In this document: one piece after another, positions 1 to 11,759 of the stretch
Layout: the number at the start of each line of letters is the position of its first letter
How positions within the stretch are numbered: position 1 is the stretch's first letter
NCBI GenBank assembly: GCA_049840735.1
Contig: JASGJN010000011.1
Coordinates: forward strand, 1-64,000
DNA from: Anaeromyxobacter sp.
Lineage (GTDB): Bacteria; Myxococcota; Myxococcia; Myxococcales; Anaeromyxobacteraceae
Direction: 5' to 3'
DNA length: 64,000 bases
The notes under the pieces: model-generated
Seen by the model: the letters and a program-made list of their open reading frames with translations, nothing else
Told to the model about the DNA's origin: nothing
Database searches by the model: none
Program-made: the position numbers and the translations under genes

Positions 1-3000
1 TCCCCGTCCACGGTCCAGGTCAGGCGGCCGTCGCCGTCGTAGACCCGCTGCTCCACCACATCGGGCCGGGTCACCGTGCCCGGCTGGATTAGCGTGGCTA
101 TTTGATCGACGGTGGCCGCGATGGGAAGCGAGCCCAGGGCGATGACCGCCCCGTAGGCCGTCGTGGAGATGACCCGCCCCTCTGCGTCGTACGTGCTCTT
201 GCGGACCCCGCCCTCGGCGTCCACCGTGAACACCAGCCGGTTGGCCGCATCGTAGGCAAACCGGGTCACGTTCCCGCGCGCGTCGGTCCGCGCGACCACG
301 TTCCCGTTCCTGTCGTAGGTGTAGCTCTCGACCAGGTTGAGACCGCCCGGATCCACCATGGTGGAGACGCGCCGGCCTGCGACGTCGTAGGTGTACTGCG
401 TGGTCAGCCAGCCGGGGCTCGTCACCTTGAGCTGCCGGCCGGCCGGGTCGTACTCGTAGCGCGTGACGAGGTTCAGCCCGGTGGGATTGACGGCCTGCGT
501 GAGGACGTGGCCGGCCAGGTTGAAGCCGATCGCCGTGACGGTGCCGCGCGGATTCGTGACGCTGATCTGCTGGCCCTTGGCGTCGTACGCGTAGCTGGTC
601 GTGAGCCCGAGCCCGCCCGGATTCACGGTGCGGCTCAGCACCCGGTTGGCCGAGTCGTAGCTGACGCGCGTGATGGTCCCGCGCGCGTCGATCTGAAGCT
701 CCACCACCCGATCTGCGCGATCGTAGGTGGACTCGAGCGACGTGCCGTCCGCCCGCCGGGTGAACCGGAGGTTGCCGTCGGCGTCGTACTCGTACGTGGT
801 GGCGTTCCCGCGGCCGTCCGTCACCCGGCACAGCTGGCCGTTGCGGGTGGTCTCGGTGGTCACCGTCACGCCCTCCGGCGTGGTCACGATCGTCTTGCGA
901 TTCGCCGTCTGGTAACGATAAGTGGTGGTCTTGCCCAGCGCGTCCGTCTGGGTGAGCGTGCGGCCGAAGGCGTCGTACGTGGTGGACCGGATCCCCCCCA
1001 GTGCGTCCACGGTCTGCACCAGCCGGCCCAGCCGGTCGTAGGTGGCCGGCGGATCGTGACGCCGTTCGCGTCGGTCGTCTGGATGAGCCGGCCGAAGGCG
1101 TCGTAGACCGAGCTGCGGGTGATGGCGAGGCCGCTCGGGTCCTCCACCATCCGCGTGGCCAGGCCGCGCCGATCGAAGGTGCTGGTGCGGCCGAGCGTGC
1201 CGGCGTTCGTCGGCTGGGTGGTCTGGACCACCCCGCCGAAGGCGTCATAGGTCGCCGTGGTCCGCACGTTGAGCGCGTCGACGGTGGCGGTCCGCTGGCC
1301 GCGGGCGTCGTACTCGATCCGCGTGAGCGAGTTCTGGGTGGAGGCGGCGACCGCGGTCACCAGGGCCGTGGCCGCGCCGGCGTTGGCGCTGGAGGAGAGC
1401 ACGCCGCCGACCAGGCTGGTCACCGTCGCCGCCGGGAGCCTGGTCGCCAGCGCGCTGGTCGAGGTGACGCGGCCCAGCGCGTCGTAGGCGGTCTCGGCGA
1501 CCTCACCCAGCGCGTTGACCGTGTAGCGGAGCCGCCCGGCGTCGTCGTGGAAGAAGACGGTCCGGTTGCCGTTCTGGTCGGTGGTGCTGATCCGGCGGCC
1601 CGCGGCGTCGTATGCGTACTTCACGCCGTACTGCGCCCAGATGTCGTCCACCTGCGCCGGCGTCAGGCCCGAGGTGAGCAGCGCCGCGCCCACGGCGGTC
1701 AGCTCGGCGACCAGGCGCCCCTGAACGTCATAGCGCTTGTTGAGGATCCGCTGGTCGACCGTCCCAGCGGCGACGGTGGTGCTGATCAGGTTGCCGACGG
1801 CGTCGTAGACGTTGTCGGTCGTGAGCCCGTCCGCCGTCACCTGCCGGAGCAGCCGGCCCAGCGCGTCCCAGGTGTTCCGGGTGAAGTGATCCTCGCCGTT
1901 CGCCGCCGGGCGGAGCGTCGAGAGGCTGGTGAAGGTCGAGAGCGTGGCCGTCACCTTGCTGGCGTAGCGGCGCGACTCGGACAGGCGGCCGTTCGAGTCG
2001 TAGGTCAGCTCGGTGAGGTAGCCCTCCGCGTCCACCGCGGCCACCTTCTGGCCGCGCGCGTCGTAGTACGTCCAGGTGGAGATGTCCTTCGCAGCGTCGG
2101 CATCCACCAGGCTGGCCACGTTGCCGCCGGAGCGGACCGTCGTGACCGCAGCGGCGATGTTGGCGGCGTCAGTGAACCCGCGCACCTTGCTGGCGTAGCC
2201 GATGGTCTGGACCTGGCGGCCCGCCGAGTCGTAGCGGAGCTCGGTGAGGTAGCCCTCGCCGTCGATGGTGCCGCGCAGCAGCCCGTCCTTGTCCAGCAGC
2301 CGGGTGATGGTGCGGTCGGCGGCGGACGCCACAGGCGCCACGGTCGCGCCGACGCCGTTCCCGAGCGCGGCGGTGCTCACCGCGTTCGCGTACTGCGTGG
2401 TGGACAGCACCCGGCCAGCCTCGTCGAACCGGGTCTGGGTGACGTAGCCCAGCGCGTCCACCTGGTGGGTGAGCCGGCCAGCCGCGTCGTAGAGGTTCCA
2501 GGTCTTCGCATCCGCCGAGGTGGCGGCGGGGCGGATGGCGGAGAGCGCCGGTGAGGTCGGGTTGCCATTGGCATCGACCAGCAGGCTCACCGTGACCGGG
2601 TTGGCGTACCCGATGATCTGGGTGAGCTGGTTCGCGGCGTCGTAGACGTACTCAGTGAGGCTGCCCGCCGGCCCCACGTCTGCGACCTTGCGTCCAGCGG
2701 CGTCGTACAGCACCCAGCTGCGCTGCCCGGTGGGCCCCTGGGTCATCACCAGCCGGTTGTCCGCGTCGTAGGAGTAGCGCGTCGTGCCGAGCGTGGTCCC
2801 GGCGGACGACTCCACGACCGAGACGAGCCGGCCCGCGCCATCGAAGGTGGACGTCCGCACCAGGTTGTTGGCGAGGGTGACGCTGATCTTCCCGCCGGCG
2901 TCGTCGTAGAGCGAGACGGTGGGGATCGAGAGCGTGCCGTCCGCCGACTTCACCAGGCTGGAGACCACGCGCCCCATGCCGTCGTAGACGGTCTGGGTGA

Positions 3001-4677
3001 TGCCACGTCCATCGGGCGTGATGGTCTGCAGCAGCTCGCCGCGCTCGTTGTAGACGTACTGGGTGGTGGCACCGGTGCCGGAGACGCCCTCTCCCGTCGC
3101 GTCCAGCTCCGTGTAGACCACCGACAGCTTCAGCTCGCCGCGCAGATCGTACTTGTAGCTGGTGCGGACGGCGAGGCTGCGGTCGCCCGCGAGGCCCGTG
3201 ACCCAGTCCCTCAGCTGCTGCTCGGTCGGAACGGCCGTCGCCGCCAACCCGGAGAGATTCGCAACCCCTGGCGCGGTACTCGAGGGTCGCGATTCGCCGG
3301 CCCAGCGGCTCGTCTGTGGGGGTCCCGGTGCCGTACCGATGCTCGGTGACCCGGCCCTCGGGGCTGATCACGAACCGGAGCTCGTTTTTCCCGCCGGCGT
3401 CGTAGACGTACCGGGTCGTCAGCGCGCCGCTGCCGGTGGTGACGGTCTCGGTGAGGAGCTGGTTGTGGCCGTCGTAGGTCCTGTCGATGGTGTTGCCGGC
3501 CGAGTCCACCTGCCTCGTCAGGTTGCCATTGTCGTAGCTGAGCTGGACGGTGCGGCCCAGGGCGTCAGTGATGGACGCGACGTCCCCGGTGGCGTCGTAG
3601 CCGTAGCTGACCCAGGTGAGCCCGCCGGGATTGGCTGCGGTCACGCCGCCGCGCACCAGCGTGAGCTGTCCCTTGGTGTCGTACTGGTAGACGGTGGAGA
3701 CGCCCAGCGGGTCCGTGACCGTGGTCTTACCCGCCGCGGCATCGTACGCGAACTGCGTGACGTTGCCCGCGCCGTCCTGGACGGTCGCCGCCCTGTAGGT
3801 GCCGCCCACCAGGACATAGGTGAAGTCCGTGCGCGTGCCGTCGCTCTGGACCACGCTTGCGACGCGGTTGCTCGTCCCGTCGTAGGTGTACGTGGTCTTG
3901 AAGACCGTCCCGGTCTCCACCCGCCGTGACGGCCCCCAGGCCCCGGGGGTTGAGCGCCACGCTCACCGTCTCGAGCCGGTTCTGCGCGTCGTAGGTGTAC
4001 GAGACGCTCTGCAGCGTCAGGACCCCGTCCACGTTCAGCGCCGTGTCGACCCGCAGCAGGTTCCGGCCGCTCACGCCGCCGTAGGTGTAGGTGATCGACT
4101 CGCCGCTGGCGCTCGTCACCGCGGTCAGCTGGTTCGAGCCGCTGTAGCTGTAGCTCAGCGTGTTCCCGGCCGCGTCGGTCTGCGTGAGGATCCGGCCGAC
4201 CGCGCCGGCCTGGTACGTCTCACGCGTGGTCGAGGCGCCGTCGGTCCAGGTGTACGTGCCGTCGCCGTTGATGACGATGCTGTCGCGGGCCGAGCTGCCG
4301 GTGATCTCCGCCAGGTAGGCGCCCTTGGCGGCGTCCCAGGCGTAGTCGCAGGTCGAGCCGTCGGTGTCGATCCGGCGGAGCCGCCCGCCCCCGAGGTCCT
4401 GGATGGCCCGCGTCGGCGCGCCCTGCCAGAAGTCCCCGTTGCCGTCGAAGTCGTAGGCGCCCTGGCTGTTGTACGTCCGCAGCGCCGAGGTGTCCGGGCC
4501 GTTGCCGACCAGCAGCGCGTCGCCGCGCTGCAGCACCAGGTTGCCGCTGAACACGTTGACGTAGGCGCGCTCTCCGCCCTGCCCCTGGGTGCTGGAGCCG
4601 AAGAGGCCCCGCCCGCCGAGGGAGGTGAGCGAGCTGAGGTTCAGGCCCAGCGAGTTCCCGCTGAAGATCGCGACCAT
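1..4677 (-). CDS. Giant YD/RHS-repeat protein, 5' part (runs off left edge; apparent frameshifts near 3920, 3258 and 1045)
   Basis: ORFs 3727..4677, 2652..3920 and 884..3247 plus an open frame to position 1 all carry YDxxGR/L repeats; N-terminus MVAIFSGNSLGL...YVNVFSGNLVLQ...RTYNSQG. Confidence 0.9.
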
Positions 4678-4934
4678 GGTGTGCAGACCCCGTCGTCATG
4701 CCGCGATCTGCCCCCCGGGGCACCTGCCCCTCTGGTCGATCACGGCTGGCTGTAGGGTTGTCCGCTGGACGCGGCGGGAGTTTAGCGCCTGCGACAATTG
4801 CGCACCGGTCACCGGAAAGCCCTATACGGGAAATCCCTGCCCCAGGCCTCCTTCGCGGTCGGCGTACCTTCGCGGTCGGCGGGTCCACGGGAGCACCTGC
4901 CGAGGCTCCAACCGACCCGCTCAGCTGAGGCCTC

Positions 4935-6704
4935 TCAGTCCAGCTCGAGCCAGCCGAACCAGACCGGGTGCTGGGCCTTGTACCACTCCAGCACGCGGCG
5001 GATGACCTCCTGCTTCTCGCGCGGCAGCACGCGCTCGTCGATGCGCGAGAAGTGGACCCGGATCCGCTCGCCCTCGTGCTCCAGCGCCTGCGAGAGCATG
5101 GTCTGCAGCTCGTTCCGGATCCGGCCGGAGTCGGAGACCTTGACCGCCCGCGCGGTGTGGTCCACGCCGGAGAGGAAGCGGACCAGCAGCGGGCTCATGA
5201 CGTGGCGCATCTGCGCCAGGGGCTCCATGAGCCGGAAGGTGAAGGCGATCCGGGCCCGCGCGCCGCGCGTGCAGAGGCGCGTGCTCACCCGCCAGCGCCC
5301 CTCCCCCACCTGCTCCACGCCGCGCTCGCCGGTGTACGGGTCGTCGCACATGTAGCCCACGCTGGAGAGCACGCCCCAGCGCTTCTCCGGCAGGAAGTCG
5401 GCGGCCCGGAGCACGCGCTGCCGGAGCGGCATGTTGGAGGCCTCGGCCTCGCGGATGGCCGCGGCGTAGGCCGCCACCCGCCCCGCCTCCAGCTCGCGCC
5501 CGCCGTGCAGCGCCGCCACCTCGGCAGCGAAGGCCGGGCTGCGAGGATCGAGCTGCATCAGCTGCCCCTCCGCCCGGCAGGGCAGCTCGAACGTGGGCGA
5601 GAAGACCGCCATGGTGGCGTCCACCTCCAGCACCGCCGACAGGCTGGCCGCCTGCATGGCCTCGGCGCTGGCCGCGTAGCCGTCGCACAGGAAGACGTGC
5701 GTGGCCCCGTCGCCGTCGCGCCAGCTCCCCACCAGGAAGGTCGGCGCGTAGGTGCCGGAGTCGGTGAAGACCGGGAGCCCGGCCGGCGTGCGCCAGCCGT
5801 CCTCCACCAGGTGCGCCCCCAGCGCCTGCCACTCCGCCCATAGCCCGGAGAGGCGGGTGACGCGGCTCTTGCCGCGCAGCGTCCAGACGTGGACGTGCTC
5901 GCGCCGCACGCCCGGGTAGGCGGCCTCGATGGCCTTCATGACCTCGGCCCGCGGCGTGCGGTAGTCGAGCAGCAGCGACGCCGCCTGCGCCGCCTCGGCC
6001 ACCCGCCGCGGCAGCGTGAGGCAGCCCATGTACGACTCGTACGGGCGGGCGGTGGTGAGCGGCGAGTCGAACAGGTGGAACACCGCCATGGGGCCGGTGG
6101 GCTTGCCCTCGGCGAAGCGCGAGGTGTTCTCCAGCGTGTCCACCGCTGCGCCCCACACCGTGATGCCGCGCTCGCGCAGCCGCTCGTAGAAGCGCTGGAA
6201 GGAGTGGCTGTCGTCGTTGAGCAGCCGGCGCACCGCGGCGTCCACCCGGCGCGCCACCTCCGGGCGCGCGTAGACGCGGCCGAAGCCGAGCAGCGGGTTG
6301 GCGCCCATCTCCGGCGTCTCGCCGGCCTTGGGCATGAGCCCCTCGCCCAGCGAGACCATGATGGCGTGGTTCTCGGGCAGGGTCCGGGTGAGGTGCCAGA
6401 GCCCCTCGCTCATCACGTAGGCGCTGATGGCGTCGGCGCCCTTCTTCACCTGGTTGTAGGCGAGCTTGTCCTTGCCGGCGCCGCCGCCGAAGTCGCCGAA
6501 GAGGCGGGTCCCCAGGGCGGTGGCGGCCGAGGTCATGGCCAGGCAGCGGGTGATGCCGCGCGGCGCGAAGGCGTGGGCGGAGACCGGGTCCTCCTGCGCC
6601 CGCTCCACCTCCACGTCCTCCAGCCACAGGTGGAACCGCAGCAGCACCGGCCGCGTGTCGAAGGCCCACTGCGCGATCTGGTTGCGCTTCTCGATCTCGG
6701 TCAC
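4935..6704 (-). CDS. Uncharacterised 589-aa protein with divergent class II FBPase (GlpX)-like N-terminal region
   Basis: Protein-like composition; colinear GlpX-like motifs SAATAL, KGADAIS, SLGEG, AVDTLENT, YMG, AEAMQAAS. Confidence 0.65.
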   Translation of the reverse strand: MTEIEKRNQIAQWAFDTRPVLLRFHLWLEDVEVERAQEDPVSAHAFAPRGITRCLAMTSAATALGTRLFGDFGGGAGKDKLAYNQVKKGADAISAYVMSEGLWHLTRTLPENHAIMVSLGEGLMPKAGETPEMGANPLLGFGRVYARPEVARRVDAAVRRLLNDDSHSFQRFYERLRERGITVWGAAVDTLENTSRFAEGKPTGPMAVFHLFDSPLTTARPYESYMGCLTLPRRVAEAAQAASLLLDYRTPRAEVMKAIEAAYPGVRREHVHVWTLRGKSRVTRLSGLWAEWQALGAHLVEDGWRTPAGLPVFTDSGTYAPTFLVGSWRDGDGATHVFLCDGYAASAEAMQAASLSAVLEVDATMAVFSPTFELPCRAEGQLMQLDPRSPAFAAEVAALHGGRELEAGRVAAYAAAIREAEASNMPLRQRVLRAADFLPEKRWGVLSSVGYMCDDPYTGERGVEQVGEGRWRVSTRLCTRGARARIAFTFRLMEPLAQMRHVMSPLLVRFLSGVDHTARAVKVSDSGRIRNELQTMLSQALEHEGERIRVHFSRIDERVLPREKQEVIRRVLEWYKAQHPVWFGWLELD

Positions 6705-6827
6705 GGCACGCCCCCTGGGACTGCGACCACCTGCCCGCCCCCTTCATCTGGTGCTCGCGGCCCGCCCGGGCCAGGCCCGTGCAGGGAAGGGTCGCGAGGC
6801 TCCCGGGTGAGCGGGTAACCTGTCGGC

Positions 6828-7607
6828 ATGAAGGCCCTGATCACCGGCGCGTCCGGCACCGTGGGGACGGCGCTGCGCACCCACCTCGAGGCGCTCGGCC
6901 ACGACGTGGTGGGCTGGGACCGCGCCCACATCCCCATCGACCAGTACGCGGTGATGGAGGCCTACGTCCGCGGGGTGGCCCCCGACGTGGTCTTCCACCT
7001 GGCCATCGCCTCCCGGCCGACGGGCCGGACCGGCGAGGGCTGGCTGGTGAACCACGACTGGCCCAGCGAGCTGGCCTGGATCTGCCGGCAGACCGGCGCC
7101 CGGCTGGTGTTCACCAGCAGTGTCATGGTCTTCACCGACGCGGCGCGCGGGCCCTTCACCCCCGAGGCCGTGCCGGACGCGCGGGAGGGGTACGGGTTCG
7201 AGAAGCTGCAGGCCGAGGCCCGGGTCCGCTCGCAGGACCCGCAGGCGCGCGTGGTCCGGCTGGGCTGGCAGATCGGCGAGGTGCCCGGCTCCAACACCAT
7301 GGCCGACTTCGCCGCCCGCCAGGCGGCGCAGGGCGTCATCCGGGCCAGCACCCGCTGGCTCCCGGCCTGCTCCTTCCTGCAGGACACCGCGGCGGCGCTG
7401 GTGAGGGCCGCCGAGCTGCCGCCCGGGCTCTACCTGGCCGACGCCAACCGGCGCTGGAGCTTCTTCCAGATCCTCACCGCCCTCCGGGACCGGCTGGGCG
7501 CGAACTGGCGCCTCGAGCCGTCCGAGGACTTCGTGTACGACCAGCGCATGATCGATCCGCGCCTGCCGCTCACGCCGCTGGAGGAGCGGCTGCCGGCGCT
7601 GCGCTGA
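6828..7607 (+). CDS. NAD(P)-dependent epimerase / RmlD-like SDR
   Basis: ITGASGTVG Rossmann motif, FTSS, YGFEK (YxxxK). Confidence 0.85.
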   Translation: MKALITGASGTVGTALRTHLEALGHDVVGWDRAHIPIDQYAVMEAYVRGVAPDVVFHLAIASRPTGRTGEGWLVNHDWPSELAWICRQTGARLVFTSSVMVFTDAARGPFTPEAVPDAREGYGFEKLQAEARVRSQDPQARVVRLGWQIGEVPGSNTMADFAARQAAQGVIRASTRWLPACSFLQDTAAALVRAAELPPGLYLADANRRWSFFQILTALRDRLGANWRLEPSEDFVYDQRMIDPRLPLTPLEERLPALR

Positions 7608-7650
7608 TCTGCGCCTCGTGGCGCCTCCGTGCATGGCTCGCTCGACGCCT

Positions 7651-7759
7651 GGCCTTCGACTCCGGGCCGCTGCGCGGCCCTATGCTCAGGCCGAACGGGG
7701 ACGGACAGAGCGTTCGCCCTGAGCGTAGCCGCGGCCTCGCCGCGGCGGAGTCGAAGGGC
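7651..7759. repeat. REP-like nested-hairpin element, inverted pair (copies 7651-7698 minus, 7711-7759 plus)
   Basis: CGTTC-SSSC-TGAGCRTAG-hairpin-CGGAGTCGAA-complement present on both strands. Confidence 0.85.
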
Positions 7760-7898
7760 GCCGCTGGGCCGTGCAGGCGCCCGCCCGCCCGGCGCGCGCT
7801 CGAGGGCGTTCCGCGCCCGGGGCGCCGGCCTTACCTCCGCAGCACCGCGGCGCCAGGGCCGTCACGTGTGCGACCGGCCGCGGTGACGGAGGTACGCG

Positions 7899-8336
7899 AT
7901 GACGGGCGACGTGAAGGCTGTGCACGACGAGGTGAAGCAGCTGTTCGGCCAGGTGCCGACGTGGGTGAAGGACATGCCCGACGCGGCGCTTCCCGGCTTC
8001 TGGGCGCTGATGCGGGACTTCCAGCTGGGGGAGACCGCCATCCCCAACAAGTACAAGGAGCTGATCGGGCTGGGGGTCTCCGGCGCCACCCGCTGCCGCT
8101 ACTGCGCGCTCTTCCACACCGAGGCGGCGCGCCTCAACGGCGCCACCGACGAGGAGATCGCCGAGGCCAGCATGATGGCGGCGCACACCATGGGCGCCTC
8201 CACCTTCCTCAACGCGCAGCAGGTGGACTACGACCAGTTCCGGCGCGAGACGCTGGAGATGATCGCCTACGGGCGCGCGCACGCCGCCCAGGCCGGCAAG
8301 TCCACCTCCATGGGCGAGACCACGCTGCATGCGTGA
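7899..8336 (+). CDS. Carboxymuconolactone decarboxylase / AhpD-family protein
   Basis: KYKELIGLGVS..TRCRYC..FH..AA..GAT.EEI motif with CxxC; GGAGG RBS. Confidence 0.88.
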   Translation: MTGDVKAVHDEVKQLFGQVPTWVKDMPDAALPGFWALMRDFQLGETAIPNKYKELIGLGVSGATRCRYCALFHTEAARLNGATDEEIAEASMMAAHTMGASTFLNAQQVDYDQFRRETLEMIAYGRAHAAQAGKSTSMGETTLHA

Positions 8337-8610
8337 GGCGGAGCGGGCCGCGGCCCTGGCCCGGCTGGAGACCGATGGGTTGGTGACGCGGCGCGACGGA
8401 CGGCTCCGGACCACGCGCCGCTGGCAGGGCGCGCTGGCCCGGGCCGCGCTGGAGCTGCAGCAAGCTGGCGCGCCCTGGCGCGACCTGCGCCTGCCGCTGG
8501 CGGCGGCGCTGCTGATCCTCCACCCGGAGCGGAGCGACGCCGAGACCGCCGACGAGATCGAGGTGCTGCTGCCGCTGGAGGAGGTGGGGGAGGCGCCGGC
8601 TCAGCGCTAG
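8329..8610 (+). CDS. Hypothetical 93-aa protein
   Basis: Start overlaps the end of the AhpD-like gene; helical protein-like sequence. Confidence 0.55.
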   Translation: MREAERAAALARLETDGLVTRRDGRLRTTRRWQGALARAALELQQAGAPWRDLRLPLAAALLILHPERSDAETADEIEVLLPLEEVGEAPAQR

Positions 8611-9404
8611 CGCAGGCCCACGACGAGCACCAGCAGCGTCAGCAGCGACGAGCCGACCATGGTCCAGCCCAGCGGCCGGAGCCGGCGCGGCGAGACCCGC
8701 GCCAGGCAGACCACCAGCGAGACCAGCGCGGTGGGCGCGGTGGCGAGCGGCAGCGCCCAGGGCAGGCCGGCGGCGGCCAGCGCCACCGCGCCGCCCAGCA
8801 GGAGCGCCGTCCCTGCGGCGTGGCGCAGCCCTGGGTCGCGCGCCCCCTTGGAGCGCGCCCGCTCCAGGATCACCTGCACGGCCAGCGTGGCGGCCGCGAA
8901 GGACAGGATCCAGGCCAGCAGCGCCGCCAGCGCGGCCCGCGGCTCCGCCCCGCCCGCCAGCGCCACCGCCCAGCCGGCGGCCGCCAGCGCCGCGGCCACC
9001 GACACCTCGCCGATCACGGTCTTCTCCAGCCGCCGCCAGACCAGCGCCGCCACCACCGCCGCCAGGGTCGCCGGGAGCAGCAGCGCGGCCCGCGCCGCCG
9101 GCGAGGCCAGCGCCGCGCCGGTCAGCCCGCAGGCCGCCGCCCCGACGCCCAGCAGGGCGAGCCAGCGCCGGGCGCGGGCGCCCTCCTCCGCCCGGACGCG
9201 CGCGCCGCGGTGGCCGAGCAAGACCAGCGCCGGCTCGTGCGCCACGAAGGCCAGGACCACCGCCGCGGTGAGCAGGCTGGCGGCGGCGGTGAGGTGGCCC
9301 AGCAGCAGGCCGGCCAAGAGCGGCAGCGCCAGCTGACCCCACGCGCCGTGCTCGCGCGGGATCAGGGGACGGGCCGGGGTGGCAGGGGCGGCGGAGGTCG
9401 TCAT
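8607..9404 (-). CDS. YwiC-like membrane protein
   Basis: PREHGAW motif followed by multiple hydrophobic segments; ATG at 9404 chosen. Confidence 0.8.
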   Translation of the reverse strand: MTTSAAPATPARPLIPREHGAWGQLALPLLAGLLLGHLTAAASLLTAAVVLAFVAHEPALVLLGHRGARVRAEEGARARRWLALLGVGAAACGLTGAALASPAARAALLLPATLAAVVAALVWRRLEKTVIGEVSVAAALAAAGWAVALAGGAEPRAALAALLAWILSFAAATLAVQVILERARSKGARDPGLRHAAGTALLLGGAVALAAAGLPWALPLATAPTALVSLVVCLARVSPRRLRPLGWTMVGSSLLTLLVLVVGLR

Positions 9405-9506
9405 CGCTGGGCTGGTGTAGCAAGGGACTGGCCAGGCGTGAACCCCGCGACCGCCGGCCACATTTCCGCGCCACCGGGACCGGGCACCCGCGGGCGGGTG
9501 CAGGCC

Positions 9507-11759
9507 TCACCGCCGGGTGGGTGCGGCGGTGGCCGGGCGCGCCCGCGCGCTCGAGGCCTCGTCGAGCCGCTTCCGCAGGGTGGCCAGCAGGTCGGCCGGG
9601 GTGACCGGCTTGGTGATGAAGGTGGCCTCGGCCGGCAGGAGCCCGCGCTCCTCCAGCGCATCGGCGGCGTAGCCGCTGGCCAGCAGCACCGGCAGCCCCG
9701 GGCAGGCCCGGGTGATGGCCTCCGCGGCCTCCAGGCCGTTGCGGCGCGGCATGACCACGTCCAGCACGCAGGCGGCGATCCGGTCCCGGTGCGCCTCGAA
9801 GCGGGCCACCGCCTCGTCGCCGTCGGCGGCCACGATCACCTCGTAGCCGGCGCCGGCCAGCGCCCGCCGCAGCGCCTCGCGGACCAGCGGCTCGTCCTCG
9901 GCCAGCAGCACCGTCTCCCGCCCGCGCGGCGCCGAGCGGACCGGCGCCGGCGCGGGCGGCGCGTCGGCGGGCCCCTCATGCGCCGGCAGCAGCACGCGCA
10001 TGGTGGTCCCGCGCCCCGGCTCGCTCTCCACCTCCACGTCGCCCCCGTGCTGGCGCGCGATGCCGTAGACGATGGCCAGCCCCAGGCCGGTGCCCTTCCC
10101 CGGCTCCTTGGTGGTGAAGAAGGGCTCGAAGATCCGCTCCAGCTCCTCCGGCGCCATGCCGCGCCCGGTGTCGATCACCGTGATGGCCACCGAGGCGGGC
10201 CGGGCCGGGCCGCCGCCGGCACCCTCGGTGGCGGGCGCGCGGCCGGCCACGATGCGCAGGCGGCCGCCGGACGGCATGGCGTCGCGGGCGTTGGTGCAGA
10301 GGTTGAGCAGCACCTGCTCCAGCTGGCTCGGGTCGGCCACCGCCACCAGCGGCCCGGCCGGCAGCTCCAGCCGCAGCTCCACGTCCTCGCCGATCACGCG
10401 GTGGAGCAGCCGCTCCACCCCGCGGATCACCTCCGCCACGTCCACCGGGCGCCGCTGCAGCACCTGCTTGCGGCTGTAGGCCAGCAGGCTCTTCGTCAGG
10501 TGGGCGCCGCGGTGGGCGGACTGCAGGATGGCGTCCACCGTCCCGCGCTCGGGGTCGTCCGGGCGCATCTCCTCCTTGAGCAGCGAGGCGAAGCCGACGA
10601 TGGCGGTGAGCAGGTTGTTGAAGTCGTGGGCCACGCCGCCCGCCAGCCGCCCCACCGCCTCCAGCTTCTGCGCGTGGTAGAGCTGCATCTGCGAGCGCCC
10701 CAGCGCCTCCTCGCGGGAGCGCACCGCCGCCACCATCCGCTCGAAGGACCGGGCCAGCTCGTCCACCTCGCGGCAGGACGCGGCGCCGTGGCCCGGCAGC
10801 GCCCGGTCGTGCTCGCCGCCCGCCACCTGGCGCGCGGCCGAGGAGAGCGCCTCGATGGGCGCCACCAGCCGCCGCGCCATCAGCACGCCCAGCAGCGCCG
10901 CGGCCGCGGCGGCCAGGGCGAAGGCCGCCACCATCACCCGCTGGAGGTGGCGCACCGGGGCGTGGGCCAGCGCCTCCGGCTCGGCGACCATCACCAGCCA
11001 GCCGGTGCTCGGAACCCGCCGCACGCTCCCCAGCCACCGCTCGCCGCCCTGCTCGAACTCGGCGGTGGCCTCGCGCCCGGCCAGCCCCTGGCGCACCAGC
11101 GGCACGTCGTTGGCGTTCACCTGCTCGGCCACCAGGCGCGGATCGGCGTGCGCGATGAGCGTGCCGTCCCGGGCCACCACCGCCGCCACCGCGCCCCGCG
11201 CCATCGAGGTGCGGGCCGCCACCTCCTGGATGGCCGAGAGGTCCAGGTAGCCGATGGCCATCCCGCCCAGCGTCGGGACCACCAGGCTCACCGCCGGGCG
11301 GCCCGTGGAGAGGGACATGGTCGGCGAGGACCAGGTGGGCTGGCCGCTCGCCACCGCCTCGCGCACGAAGGGCTCGCCGGAGAGGTCGGTCCCGACCAGG
11401 TCCTCCGACTTCGGCAGGCCGTAGATCACCTGCCCGCCGCGGTCGAGCAGCAGCAGCCGCTGCATGGCCGGGTTGGCCCCCAGGTTGAAGTGCATCAGGT
11501 GGCCGACCTCGTCGAGCTCCAGCCCGCGGTGCCGGGAGGCCATGGCCACCTCCTCCACCTGGATGAGCTGACCCTGCAGGAACTCGTCCACCTCGCCGGA
11601 GACCGCCTCGGCCAGCCCCTCGTTGCGGGCGGCCACCTGGTCGCGCACGTACCGGCCGCCCAGCCACGCCGCCACGCCCGACACCAGCAGCGCCGGGACC
11701 AGCGCCACCACGGCGGCGCTGGCGCCCAGCTGCAGGCGCAGGCTCCAGGGGCGCCTCAC
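9507..11759 (-). CDS. Hybrid sensor histidine kinase/response regulator (Cache-HAMP-HisKA-HATPase-REC)
   Basis: Two TM segments, AHDFNNLL H-box, [22 protein letters not shown]-terminal receiver LLAEDE...LDVVMP...KP; GTG overlaps upstream TGA. Confidence 0.92.
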   Translation of the reverse strand: MRRPWSLRLQLGASAAVVALVPALLVSGVAAWLGGRYVRDQVAARNEGLAEAVSGEVDEFLQGQLIQVEEVAMASRHRGLELDEVGHLMHFNLGANPAMQRLLLLDRGGQVIYGLPKSEDLVGTDLSGEPFVREAVASGQPTWSSPTMSLSTGRPAVSLVVPTLGGMAIGYLDLSAIQEVAARTSMARGAVAAVVARDGTLIAHADPRLVAEQVNANDVPLVRQGLAGREATAEFEQGGERWLGSVRRVPSTGWLVMVAEPEALAHAPVRHLQRVMVAAFALAAAAAALLGVLMARRLVAPIEALSSAARQVAGGEHDRALPGHGAASCREVDELARSFERMVAAVRSREEALGRSQMQLYHAQKLEAVGRLAGGVAHDFNNLLTAIVGFASLLKEEMRPDDPERGTVDAILQSAHRGAHLTKSLLAYSRKQVLQRRPVDVAEVIRGVERLLHRVIGEDVELRLELPAGPLVAVADPSQLEQVLLNLCTNARDAMPSGGRLRIVAGRAPATEGAGGGPARPASVAITVIDTGRGMAPEELERIFEPFFTTKEPGKGTGLGLAIVYGIARQHGGDVEVESEPGRGTTMRVLLPAHEGPADAPPAPAPVRSAPRGRETVLLAEDEPLVREALRRALAGAGYEVIVAADGDEAVARFEAHRDRIAACVLDVVMPRRNGLEAAEAITRACPGLPVLLASGYAADALEERGLLPAEATFITKPVTPADLLATLRKRLDEASSARARPATAAPTRR

